Below are positions 27,914-38,087 of a stretch of 64,000 nucleotides of DNA, one piece after another (the stretch's first letter is position 1; the number at the start of each line of letters is the position of its first letter). The position numbers were made by a program, and so were the translations under genes. The notes below the pieces were generated by a model that had not been told where the DNA came from, made no database searches, and saw only the letters and a program-made list of their open reading frames with translations. Source of the stretch: an uncultured Clostridia bacterium (GTDB taxonomy: Bacteria; Bacillota; Clostridia; TANB77; CAG-508); the NCBI GenBank assembly GCA_944389475.1, contig CALXMM010000006.1:6755-70754 (forward strand), given 5' to 3'.

Positions 27914-30900
27914 TTATATTTCTATTTCTTTATTAAGCCATGTTGAATATATATATGTTTTATCAACCTTTCTATTTAAAGCCTCTTCCAATGCTTTTTT
28001 ATAAATTGCTAATTGAATATTATATTTATCTCTTAAACTTTGCTCATCTTTATTTGCTACATAATCTGTTTTATAGTCAACTAGCACTAATTTATCATCA
28101 TCAGTTACATAATATAAATCTATAATACCTTGTACCAAAATCTCATCTTCTGCACTATTTTTATATATTTCACTAGCTTTTAGATTCAAATAAAATGGTT
28201 TTTCCTGCTCCACAATTTTTGCTTTTTTCATATCTTTCCATATATTCGAATTTAAAAAAGCAACTAATTTATCATAGTTTACACTTTCAGCTTCTTTTGG
28301 TAACATAATTTCTTTTTCTACTAATTTATTAACCATATCTTTCAATTTATCTTTATCATAATCTTGTTTATAATCTAATTTTTGTAAACATAAATGCATT
28401 ATCGTTCCTTTTTCTGCTGGTGATAGTTGTGTTTTATCTACTAAAAAGTTTGGCTTTTTTAAAGAAGAAATTTTTGTATCTTCCTGTTTTTTAGATAATT
28501 CTTTAATTTTAGATACTGATAACTCACTTGGTATTTCTGTTGAATCCTTATATTTATATTTCCATTCCAAAATATTATGTATTTTTTCTATATTTTCCTT
28601 TGTTATTTTTCTCTTTTCTATATCATTTAAAATGTCTAACTTTTCTGTTTCTTTTTTATCATTTGAATTTAATATATCTTTTTTATGCACCACATTAAAT
28701 TCAAAAATCTGCGAATTTTTATTTTCATCTTTTAAATATACTAGTTCTATCCAATCTAAATAAGACCTATAATTTTCTAATATTCTTGAGTTTATTTTTA
28801 AATCATTTCCTTGTGAATATAATTCTAATTCTTTTTTCTTATTCTCTATTGATTTTTGTAAATCTTTTTCTATTCCTGTTATAAACAATTTTTCCTTAGC
28901 CCTTGTAAGTGCAACATATAATACTCTCATTTCTTCTGAAATGCTTTCTTTTCTACTTACTATTTTAATAGCCTCTTTTGCTAATGTTGGATATTCTATT
29001 TTTAATTTACTGTTTTCATAATTTGGTCCAAATCCTATTTCTTGATGTATTAAAATTTGTGCACTTAAATCTTTTAGATTAAAATGTTTACCAGTGCTAC
29101 ATAAAAATACAACAGGAAACTCTAACCCTTTACTTTTATGTATACTCATTATTCTAATTACATTCTCATTTTCTCCAATGATTTTGGCAGCACCTAAATC
29201 ATTATTACGAAGTTTTAATTTATCAATAAAATTTATAAAATTAAATACTCCTTTAAATGATGCTACAGAATATTGTTTTGCTCTTTCAAAAAGCATTTTG
29301 AAATTTGCCTGTCTTAGTTTACCATTTTGCATCAATCCTACATAATTGTAATATCCTGTATCCATATAAATTTTCCAAATAAGCTCATCCAAAGCTAAAA
29401 ATTCACTTTCTTCTCTCCAGTTATTTATCATTTCTAAAAAGGCATTAATTTTATTTTGCAAATCCTGATTTACTTGAATTCTAGATTTTATCATACATTC
29501 ATAAAAATTATCATATTTATCTGCAAGTCTAATTTCTATTAAATCATTATCTGTAAATCCACCAATCATTGACCTCATTACTGTTACCAAAGGTATATCT
29601 TGCATTGGATTATCTATTATTTTTAAAACAGACATTATCGTTTGAATTTCTACTGAATTTAAATATTCTGTTGAAGTTTCACTATATACTGGCATACCTA
29701 AATCTGATATTTCTTTTTCGTATATTGGTGATAATTCTGTTGTTGACCTTAATAATACAACGACATCCTTATATGTAATTTTTCTATAACCTTCTTTTTT
29801 ATCTAAAACGTAATAATTACTATTTATGAGTTCATTTATTTTCTTAGCAACATATCTTGCTTCCAAAATAGAATTTTCTACTCTTTCAGTATTTTCGTTT
29901 TCTGACTCTTCATCACTTTCTTCTTCATCCTTAGTACCATTTGTGTTGTTTTGTAAATCTATTACGTTAATTTCTGTCTTGCCTGCAAAATCTATATTTT
30001 TTAAAGTAGGTTCTTCATAATTTGCACCTAAATTTAAGTATTCATCTTCATTATAATCAACATCTCCTAAGTCCTTACTCATAATTTCTTGGAAGATTGT
30101 ATTTGTTGTATCAAGAATATTTTTCCTACTTCTAAAATTCTTAAATAATTGGATTTTTAAATCATCATTTTCGCCTTTGTCCTTCTTTAATTTATATGCT
30201 CTATATTTATTCAAAAACAATTCTGGCATTGCTTGTCTAAATTTATATATACTTTGTTTAACATCTCCAACCATAAAAATATTATTACCCTTGGAAATAG
30301 AGCTTAAAATATATTCTTGAACCATATTGCTATCTTGATATTCATCTATTGCAATTTCTTCAAATTTATCTTGATATTTTTTTGCAATTTCTGTTGGCAC
30401 ATAATTTCCATCTTCATTTTTAACCAATATTTTTAATGCCAAATGTTCAATATCATTAAAATCTATTACATTTCTTTCTAGTTTAGCCTTTTTATATTTT
30501 TCCGTATATTTTAAAATAATATCTTGTATCAATTTTAAAATTTCATACATTTCTGATAAATCAGAAATTGCTTCTTTAGATGTATATATAAAATACTGTT
30601 TTTTAAAATTATCAAATTTCTTTTTTATAGCATCTCTTTTATTTTTTATTTCATTTATGTTTTCATTACTACCTTTTTTACCCTTAGACCATGTTCCAAA
30701 TGAAAATCTATTACCTAGCTCGCAAATCTCATCCCATGAATCTAAATTAGATGCTAATTTTTCCAAATTTTCTATATTTAATCTTATAAGTTGGTAGTTT
30801 TTTTCTGAATCCGGGTCTCCCTCTAATTCATTTTTAACCTTTTTTAACCCTAAAATGGATTCTTCCAAAAGTTCTTTATAATTATTTATAATAATCTTTC

Positions 30901-31537
30901 CCCATACAGTATTTGCAAAATCTACCACTTGTGAATCCATATTAAATAATTTAACCTTTTCATCAAGCCATTTCTCTGGAAATGGTGCACTTTGAATAAA
31001 ATTATATATATTTTTAATTATATCCTTTAAAGGTCCATCATCTTTATATGATGTATATATTTCTAAAAGCTTTAAAAATCCTTCATCTTCTTTTAAATAT
31101 AAATCTTCAAAAAGCTCTTCTAAAACCTCTTCTTTTAACAATTCTATTTCTGCAGTATCCCCAATCCTAAAATTTGGAGATACATCTATTTCATAGAAAT
31201 TATTTCTTATCACATCCAAGCAAAATGAATGTATTGTACATATATTAGATTTATTCAAAAGAGTAATCTGTTTTTGAAGTCTTAAATTATTAGGTTCTTC
31301 TTCTATTTTTTTATAAATAGCATTTAATATTCTTTCTCTCATTTCACTCGCAGCTGCATTTGTAAATGTTACAACCAAAAGTTTATCTATATCAACTTCT
31401 TCTGATATAATTTTATTTATTATTCTTTCTACTAAAACAGCAGTTTTACCACTCCCTGCAGCAGCCGCAACTAAGATATTAGCACCTTTCTCCTTTATAG
31501 CCTGTAATTGCTCATCAGTCCACTTAACTTCGCTCAT
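27914..31537 (-). CDS. addA: ATP-dependent helicase/nuclease subunit A
   Basis: AAAGSGKTAVL, IDEYQD, VGDVKQSIYKFR, SIHKSKGLEFP, nuclease motif QGIID..DYKTD. Confidence 0.97.
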   Translation of the reverse strand: MSEVKWTDEQLQAIKEKGANILVAAAAGSGKTAVLVERIINKIISEEVDIDKLLVVTFTNAAASEMRERILNAIYKKIEEEPNNLRLQKQITLLNKSNICTIHSFCLDVIRNNFYEIDVSPNFRIGDTAEIELLKEEVLEELFEDLYLKEDEGFLKLLEIYTSYKDDGPLKDIIKNIYNFIQSAPFPEKWLDEKVKLFNMDSQVVDFANTVWGKIIINNYKELLEESILGLKKVKNELEGDPDSEKNYQLIRLNIENLEKLASNLDSWDEICELGNRFSFGTWSKGKKGSNENINEIKNKRDAIKKKFDNFKKQYFIYTSKEAISDLSEMYEILKLIQDIILKYTEKYKKAKLERNVIDFNDIEHLALKILVKNEDGNYVPTEIAKKYQDKFEEIAIDEYQDSNMVQEYILSSISKGNNIFMVGDVKQSIYKFRQAMPELFLNKYRAYKLKKDKGENDDLKIQLFKNFRSRKNILDTTNTIFQEIMSKDLGDVDYNEDEYLNLGANYEEPTLKNIDFAGKTEINVIDLQNNTNGTKDEEESDEESENENTERVENSILEARYVAKKINELINSNYYVLDKKEGYRKITYKDVVVLLRSTTELSPIYEKEISDLGMPVYSETSTEYLNSVEIQTIMSVLKIIDNPMQDIPLVTVMRSMIGGFTDNDLIEIRLADKYDNFYECMIKSRIQVNQDLQNKINAFLEMINNWREESEFLALDELIWKIYMDTGYYNYVGLMQNGKLRQANFKMLFERAKQYSVASFKGVFNFINFIDKLKLRNNDLGAAKIIGENENVIRIMSIHKSKGLEFPVVFLCSTGKHFNLKDLSAQILIHQEIGFGPNYENSKLKIEYPTLAKEAIKIVSRKESISEEMRVLYVALTRAKEKLFITGIEKDLQKSIENKKKELELYSQGNDLKINSRILENYRSYLDWIELVYLKDENKNSQIFEFNVVHKKDILNSNDKKETEKLDILNDIEKRKITKENIEKIHNILEWKYKYKDSTEIPSELSVSKIKELSKKQEDTKISSLKKPNFLVDKTQLSPAEKGTIMHLCLQKLDYKQDYDKDKLKDMVNKLVEKEIMLPKEAESVNYDKLVAFLNSNIWKDMKKAKIVEQEKPFYLNLKASEIYKNSAEDEILVQGIIDLYYVTDDDKLVLVDYKTDYVANKDEQSLRDKYNIQLAIYKKALEEALNRKVDKTYIYSTWLNKEIEI

Positions 31538-31549
31538 TTTGTCTCCTTT

Positions 31550-31625
31550 TGAACTTTAGGGACGGACCTTAAAGTTCATATTTTATGTTACCTTAATGAA
31601 CTTTTAGTTCCGTCCCATAAGTTCA
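31550..31625. repeat. 76-bp REP/BIME-like element, copy 1 (right arm lies inside the pepF 3' end)
   Basis: TGAACTTTAGGGACGGACCTTAAAGTTCA + 18 bp + TGAACTTTTAGTTCCGTCCCATAAGTTCA. Confidence 0.9.
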
Positions 31626-33378
31626 TTAATTTCTTAATATCATTTGCATAAAATTCTAATGCATTTTTGTATACTTTGCTGTCCTCTAAATCTATATCTA
31701 CAGTTTTTAATATATCTAAAGATTTTTTACTTCCACCTAATTTTAACATATTAATATATTTCTCTACAAATCCATCTTCTTTATTTAAAATTCTTGTTGC
31801 TATTTCTATTGCAGAAGAAATACCTGTTGCATATTTATATACATAGAAGCAACTATAAAAATGAGGAATTCTTGCCCAATTATATTTATTATAATCATCA
31901 ATTATTAAATCTTTGCCATAATATTTTTTGTTCAATTCCAAATAAATTTCTCCCAATTTAGTAGAATTTAATATATTTCCACTTTCTACATTTGAGTGTA
32001 CTTCCTTTTCAAATTCTGCAAACATTGATTGAGTTAATAATGTTGCTCTTACTGTTTCAATTCTATCATATAGTAAAGCCATTTTTTCTTCTTTTGTTTT
32101 CGCGGTCTCTATTCTATATTGTGCAAGTAAAATTTCATTTACTGTTGATGCTATTTCTGCTGTTAAAATTGTATAATTAGAATCTAGCACATTTTGACTT
32201 TCGCAAGCATAGTATGAATGCATTGCATGTCCAAACTCATGAGCTACTGTAGAAACATCATTAGTTGTTCCTTCATAGTTTAATAAAATATATGGATGAA
32301 CTCCATAAACAGACATATTATATCCACCACTTCTTTTATTCGGTGCTTTATATACATCCATCCAGTTTGATTCAAAAGCTTCTTTTAATTTTGCAATATA
32401 CTCTTCTCCTAATGGCTCCAATGCTTTTAGTATAATAGCTTTTGCTTCTTCTATATCCGTATATTTTTCTTCAGTTGTAAATGGATTTACATACATATCA
32501 TACATGTGAATTTCTGGTAATTTTAACATATGTTTCTTTAATTTTGTATATTCATAATTTATATTTAAATTTTCATTCACCGTGCTAATTAATTTATTGT
32601 AAACCTCAACTGTTGCATCATCTTCATCTACAGCTTTTTCCAATGAACTATTATAATTTCTTAATCTTGCCATTTTAGTGTATTCGTTAACTCTGTTTAG
32701 ATATAATTCTGTTATTGTATTTATATATTTTCCATATTCAGATACTAGTAAGGTTGAGGCTTGTTTCCTTATTTCTCTATTTTTACTACTTAATAATTTT
32801 GAATATGTTGCTTCACTTAATTCTAATTCTTCTCCATTTTCTCCTTTTATTGATGGGAACTTAATTTCTGCATTTGTTAATATGTCATATGCATTTTCTA
32901 CCCCATTAAATACATCAGAAAATCTAGATAATGCATCCTCAACATCCTTACTTAAAATATGTTTTTTGTTTTTTATAATTTCTTCTATTAATCTTTTATA
33001 TCTTTGTAATTCTTTGTTTTCATTTAAATAATTCTCCAACACTTTTGTGTCAATATCTGTTAGTTCTGGAACCATAAAAGATGTTGTTTCATCTATTTTA
33101 GCATCCAAACTTTCTGCATCTTTAAATAATTTAATTCCCTCTGGATTAGATAAATCCTTATGATATTTAAACATTCCATATGCATATATTTTGCCTATTA
33201 ATTCGGCAATTTCTTCGAAGATTTTATAGCAATTATATATATTCTCTGATGAATCTTTTAGTTTTCCTTTAAACTGCTTTATTTCTTCTAATAATTCATT
33301 TATTCTTTCTTTATCCTTTTTATAATCAGCTTCTGTTTTATATATATCTGTTAATTTCCATTCATATTTATTTTCCAT
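31588..33378 (-). CDS. pepF: Oligoendopeptidase F (M3B)
   Basis: AHEFGHAMH, AEIAST, PHFY..FYVYKYATG; start moved to ATG 33378 (RBS AAGGAGG). Confidence 0.96.
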   Translation of the reverse strand: MENKYEWKLTDIYKTEADYKKDKERINELLEEIKQFKGKLKDSSENIYNCYKIFEEIAELIGKIYAYGMFKYHKDLSNPEGIKLFKDAESLDAKIDETTSFMVPELTDIDTKVLENYLNENKELQRYKRLIEEIIKNKKHILSKDVEDALSRFSDVFNGVENAYDILTNAEIKFPSIKGENGEELELSEATYSKLLSSKNREIRKQASTLLVSEYGKYINTITELYLNRVNEYTKMARLRNYNSSLEKAVDEDDATVEVYNKLISTVNENLNINYEYTKLKKHMLKLPEIHMYDMYVNPFTTEEKYTDIEEAKAIILKALEPLGEEYIAKLKEAFESNWMDVYKAPNKRSGGYNMSVYGVHPYILLNYEGTTNDVSTVAHEFGHAMHSYYACESQNVLDSNYTILTAEIASTVNEILLAQYRIETAKTKEEKMALLYDRIETVRATLLTQSMFAEFEKEVHSNVESGNILNSTKLGEIYLELNKKYYGKDLIIDDYNKYNWARIPHFYSCFYVYKYATGISSAIEIATRILNKEDGFVEKYINMLKLGGSKKSLDILKTVDIDLEDSKVYKNALEFYANDIKKLMNLWDGTKSSLR

Positions 33379-33478
33379 AATAACCTCCTTCACATCTCTT
33401 ATATTAATAATATTTTTAATAATTTGCAATATTAAATTAAAGAAAAGTGAATGTAACTAAATTACATCCACCTTTAAC

Positions 33479-34072
33479 CTATGCTTTTTTATTCATTTCT
33501 TTTATTTTTTCATAGATATCATAAAAACTATAACATCTAATAATATTTCTGCCTTCTACATCTCTGTTATATCTTGTATCAAAACATAATATTGGTAAAA
33601 ACTCTGAAAGTTGTCTTATATTATGTGGGCTATCTTCCACCATTATATCAATATTTTTCGCTCTGCAATTTTCTAATTTATTAACAGTAGAAAAGATCAA
33701 TTCATCATAATATATTTCATTATTTTTAAACCATTGTCTTACCAATTCTTCCATTTTATTTTTAATTTCCACATCCTGAAATTCACTTGACCTTGCAGTT
33801 ATAATATAAATATTGTGCCCCTCATTTTTTAACTTATCTATTACTTCTTTTGCAAATGGTCTTGGCTTTTCCTCGATTGCATATTTGGCTTTATACTTAG
33901 CCCAAAAATCATTATCTGTTTGCTCACTCCAACTAAAAATTTCTATACTCTCATATCCTCTTGGATTTACTATTTTCCCACTACCAATTTCAGAAGCATA
34001 TTTTGTTCCATAATTTAAACAAAAATCATTAAAATTTGTTAAAACACCATCTAAATCTATTCCTATATTCAT
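33479..34072 (-). CDS. HAD-family 5'(3')-deoxyribonucleotidase-like protein
   Basis: IGIDLDGVL (DxD), ITAR, K..IDIMVEDSP. Confidence 0.85.
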   Translation of the reverse strand: MNIGIDLDGVLTNFNDFCLNYGTKYASEIGSGKIVNPRGYESIEIFSWSEQTDNDFWAKYKAKYAIEEKPRPFAKEVIDKLKNEGHNIYIITARSSEFQDVEIKNKMEELVRQWFKNNEIYYDELIFSTVNKLENCRAKNIDIMVEDSPHNIRQLSEFLPILCFDTRYNRDVEGRNIIRCYSFYDIYEKIKEMNKKA

Positions 34073-34087
34073 ATTATCCTCCCTTAT

Positions 34088-35725
34088 TTACATTATTTTA
34101 TCAAATAATTCATTCTGCTTTTTATAAATATATCTATTTATAAAATAAGTAATTATGATATGTATTATTGTAAATATTCCTGCAAATACAAAATATGAGT
34201 TGTTTTTTAAAGGTATTGCAATCACAAAAGCCACCATTATTTCTAATAGGCCAACCACAAATGGCCATAATAAATTTAAATTTTGTTTAACTACTGCATA
34301 TTCTGTAGACCAATCTAGTTTTGGTTTCTTTAAATCTACTAATTCCATTAGCAATGTTTGAATTATAATTAAAATTAAATTTATAACAAAGCATATTGCT
34401 AGAAATACAAACGATACTCTCATCACTAAATATACAAAAATTAAAATTATAATTGATGTAATAGTTCCAAATATCACATTTGGAATACCTTTATATATTA
34501 TCTGTTTATAATATGAAACAGGTATATATTTCATAAATATAGCATTGCTACCATCTCTTGATATAGCAGTTGGTGCAATATATAGCATACTATACATAAA
34601 CTCTGTTACTGCAATTATTACAGCCATTCCTATTGGTGATTGTACAAGACTTCCTAAAATAGATGTTATTGCTTGTAAATCATTTGATTCATTACTAGAA
34701 ATAGTAAAAATAGCAATCCCCAATACTAGTATTGGCATAAATACTGATGGCAATACACATTGAACAAAAAATATTGGATTTCTAAATAATATTTTTATTT
34801 CTTTAATTACATAAGTTTTTCCAATTTTTCGTGTTTTTATACTATTTATTTTTATTTTCTTTTTGGTTTTATTACCCGAAGATAAATTTCCAATTGCACC
34901 TCTAAAGTAAATCTTACTACCAATCAAAATAAATGCTAAATACCCTATAATTGTAATAATCGCTAATTTTAATAATTCTAAAATATTAGAATTTATTATT
35001 GCATTAATAGCCGGTTTTAAAATAATAAATTTATCACTAATAAGTTCTACCATTTGATTTGCTTGTAATAATTTCTCTAGTACTTCTTTTTCTGAAATAT
35101 CGGATGAGCCTGTTGATGCAAAAGAAATTGCAAAAGCTAATATTATTCCAAGAATTGGAACTATTAATTGGAATCTATCCTTATTTTTAGCTCCTTTTGT
35201 AAAACTCATTATTATCATGATTATAATAGTTGATATAATCAAAGGAATTATTGGGAATATCAACAATACTAAAAATGAAATTATATAATATTGTATTCCT
35301 ACTGCTGTTAGTACACCATAAATAATTATTGGTACCACCGCAAATAACAATTCTACTATATATTCTGTAATTAAAATTACATTCAATTTTGATATTAAAA
35401 TTTCTCTTGGTTTTAATGGTAGTGGCAAAATATACTCTAAATCCCTAGAAAAATAAAATACATTTGTTGCTGATACCATGCCTTGTATTATTATAAATAA
35501 AGCAACGCCCATCAAAAACATACCAATAAATATGGATTCTTGATTTATTTGCTTTAATGTATTTATTATTTGAAAAGAAAAGACTCCAAATAATGCCATA
35601 ACATATCCAAAAACAATAATATACAAAATTGCTGTTGCAACTTTATTTCTTTGCTTTTTATTATCATATCTTTGGAAGGAATTTTTTAAAAGAACTTTTG
35701 TAAGTGAAAATATTTTTTTATTCAT
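34088..35725 (-). CDS. ABC exporter permease (multi-pass membrane protein)
   Basis: About 12 hydrophobic segments, SRDLEYILPLP motif; overlaps the ATPase gene. Confidence 0.85.
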   Translation of the reverse strand: MNKKIFSLTKVLLKNSFQRYDNKKQRNKVATAILYIIVFGYVMALFGVFSFQIINTLKQINQESIFIGMFLMGVALFIIIQGMVSATNVFYFSRDLEYILPLPLKPREILISKLNVILITEYIVELLFAVVPIIIYGVLTAVGIQYYIISFLVLLIFPIIPLIISTIIIMIIMSFTKGAKNKDRFQLIVPILGIILAFAISFASTGSSDISEKEVLEKLLQANQMVELISDKFIILKPAINAIINSNILELLKLAIITIIGYLAFILIGSKIYFRGAIGNLSSGNKTKKKIKINSIKTRKIGKTYVIKEIKILFRNPIFFVQCVLPSVFMPILVLGIAIFTISSNESNDLQAITSILGSLVQSPIGMAVIIAVTEFMYSMLYIAPTAISRDGSNAIFMKYIPVSYYKQIIYKGIPNVIFGTITSIIILIFVYLVMRVSFVFLAICFVINLILIIIQTLLMELVDLKKPKLDWSTEYAVVKQNLNLLWPFVVGLLEIMVAFVIAIPLKNNSYFVFAGIFTIIHIIITYFINRYIYKKQNELFDKIM

Positions 35726-36443
35726 CCTGTGTAATCTCCAAAAATAAATCTTCTAGTGACCCATTATCTTTTAATTTAGCTTTCATATCTTCAAAAGTTC
35801 CAACAAAAATTAATTTTCCTTTATTTATAATTCCTACTCTATCACATAATTTTTCTGCAACATCCAATACATGTGTTGAAAAGAAAACACAATTACCTTC
35901 CTTTGCATGTTTTCTCATCATTTCTTTTAAATCAAAAGAAGCTTTAGGGTCTAAGCCTGTCATTGGTTCATCCAAAATCCAGTTCTTAGGATTGCTTAAA
36001 AGAGCTCCACAAATAACTATTTTTTGTCTCATTCCATGTGAATAACTTTGCATTTCTTCATTTAAATTATCAAAAATTCCAAATTTTTTCGTTAACTCTT
36101 CAATTCTTCTTTTTCTTATATCTGCTTGAACTTCATAAATATCACCCATAAAATTAAGATATTCTATTCCCTTTAATTTTAGAAATATATCAGGAGTATC
36201 TGGAACAAATCCAATATTCTTTTTAGCAGATATTCCTTCTTTTTTTATGTCTTTACCATCTATTAATATATGTCCTTCATCAGAGTTTAGAATTCCTGTT
36301 ATCATCTTAATAGTTGTAGTCTTACCAGCACCATTCGGTCCTAGAAAACCAAATATTTCTCCATCCTTTATTTCTAAATCCAAAGTATCAACCGACTTTT
36401 TACCTTTAACATAGGATTTAGACACATTTTCGATTTTTATCAT
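35718..36443 (-). CDS. ABC transporter ATP-binding protein
   Basis: GPNGAGKTT, YSHGMRQK, ILDEP, STH. Confidence 0.96.
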   Translation of the reverse strand: MIKIENVSKSYVKGKKSVDTLDLEIKDGEIFGFLGPNGAGKTTTIKMITGILNSDEGHILIDGKDIKKEGISAKKNIGFVPDTPDIFLKLKGIEYLNFMGDIYEVQADIRKRRIEELTKKFGIFDNLNEEMQSYSHGMRQKIVICGALLSNPKNWILDEPMTGLDPKASFDLKEMMRKHAKEGNCVFFSTHVLDVAEKLCDRVGIINKGKLIFVGTFEDMKAKLKDNGSLEDLFLEITQDE

Positions 36444-36559
36444 ATAAATCCTCCTAGTTTTTACTTATTTGATTTTACTTATTTTATATAAACTAGTCAA
36501 TATTAAATTACAAAAACATAAGCCAGCATACTAATTTTAGTTTGCTGGCTATATAACTT

Positions 36560-37351
36560 CTATCTTTGACAATCATTTCTTTGCTTTAGAAATTCTTCAT
36601 AATCCTCGTGAAAATAATATCTAAATCTATTTTCAAAACTATCTATAACTAATTTATCTTTACGAGTTCTTTTATCAAACTCAAAATGCATGTATAAAGG
36701 CAAAAAATATTCTGCAGATTTTGGACTACTTATATTATTTAAGCAAATTCCTCTATTTGCCTTATATACTGTAGAGTGACTTGCTGTTCCATCTTTTTCT
36801 GTTTCCCTCATCCTAAATGTTTTTATCTGTGTTTCATGGTTAAAAGCTATATTTTCATCTTCTACATAAACAGTACGAGTTATATGTAAAGAAGAATATC
36901 CATTATCCTTTGGACAAGCAATATAATCTTTTCTTTTTTCATGAATCTCAGTAATATTTGGATTATAACTTACTAAAAATTTTTCCATTTCATAGGCTGT
37001 TTTTATTAAAGAAGATTCATCTGTTTTTCCATTTGCAGATAAAATTATAATTTTATCCCCAAATATATCGAAGGCATCGCCTTTTTGTTCGATTTTCTCT
37101 TTATAATTATGTTTTGACTTAACTCTAGACAAAATATAGAAATCTACATTAGAAAAAGCTTGCTTTAAAATTGCATTCTCTTCTTCTAAATTTTGTACAT
37201 AAAATTTAAAATAATTGCTTTTATATACATCATATAAATTCAGTAATTGTTGTTTTTGTGCTAAATTTGGCTTTTTACCTAAAGTACGTAAATAATTAAT
37301 TAATCTATCATTTGTGAATGTAGTTTTTGTCCTTTGAGACAATATTATCAC
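36560..37351 (-). CDS. Small alarmone synthetase-like protein (RelA/SpoT synthetase domain)
   Basis: SRVKS, DIFGDKII, KDYIACPKDNGYSSLH, ETQIKT..M..GTASH..YK. Confidence 0.82.
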   Translation of the reverse strand: MIILSQRTKTTFTNDRLINYLRTLGKKPNLAQKQQLLNLYDVYKSNYFKFYVQNLEEENAILKQAFSNVDFYILSRVKSKHNYKEKIEQKGDAFDIFGDKIIILSANGKTDESSLIKTAYEMEKFLVSYNPNITEIHEKRKDYIACPKDNGYSSLHITRTVYVEDENIAFNHETQIKTFRMRETEKDGTASHSTVYKANRGICLNNISSPKSAEYFLPLYMHFEFDKRTRKDKLVIDSFENRFRYYFHEDYEEFLKQRNDCQR

Positions 37352-37391
37352 CTCTGTAATTTTTGTTTTACCTTAATTGCGCGCGAAATAA

Positions 37392-37420
37392 ATTATACCA
37401 AATTTTGGTAAATAATACAA
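37392..37420 (-). promoter_or_regulatory. Sigma-A promoter of the SAS gene
   Basis: TTGTAT-17-TATAAT with extended TG. Confidence 0.6.
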
Positions 37421-37491
37421 TAATAAAAAGTATAAATCGTTCGACTTATACTTCTAAAATTCGACATTTTATTTTTCTATTTAATAATAAT

Positions 37492-38052
37492 TTATATCTT
37501 GCCTAAATATTTTAGACTAGAAAAAATAGTGTCTAAAACTAAACATATTGGCATTAAATAAATAAGAACTCTTAATATATATGTTGGCACTTTCGATATT
37601 GATTTCTCTATTTTTTTAGAAAAAAATGGATGAATATTATTAATAAAAATTAAACCAATAAATCCCCATATAATAGTATAAAAAATACTAATTCTACCAT
37701 TTAAATTAAAGAAATCATATGTATAATCCCACCATTTAGCTGCAAAAATGGCATCTAATGCAAAACTTACAACATATTCGAATGCTGTAAATAAAATTGC
37801 AGATGCAAAAAATAATTTTATAGAATTCTTTTTATATTGGCTAATAAATAGAATCATCATTATTGCACCAAAACCATATATTGGACAAATAGGACCAAAT
37901 AAGAAACCACGTTTTGTAAAATGGCCAAGTACAAGTACAGAATATACTGTTTCCAATAACCAACCAATAAAAGAATATAAAAAGAAATATAAAACTATGT
38001 ATTCTTTTTCTGATAATTTTTTCTTTACGACTAAAGATTTTGACTCTTGCAT
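37492..38052 (-). CDS. Membrane protein, putative ABC-transporter permease (CmpB/DUF1113-like)
   Basis: YSFIGWLLE, RGFLFGPICPIYGFG, WWDY..FNLNGRI. Confidence 0.85.
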   Translation of the reverse strand: MQESKSLVVKKKLSEKEYIVLYFFLYSFIGWLLETVYSVLVLGHFTKRGFLFGPICPIYGFGAIMMILFISQYKKNSIKLFFASAILFTAFEYVVSFALDAIFAAKWWDYTYDFFNLNGRISIFYTIIWGFIGLIFINNIHPFFSKKIEKSISKVPTYILRVLIYLMPICLVLDTIFSSLKYLGKI

Positions 38053-38087
38053 AAAAACCCCCTATAACAAAGTGTAGGAGGTAAAAT

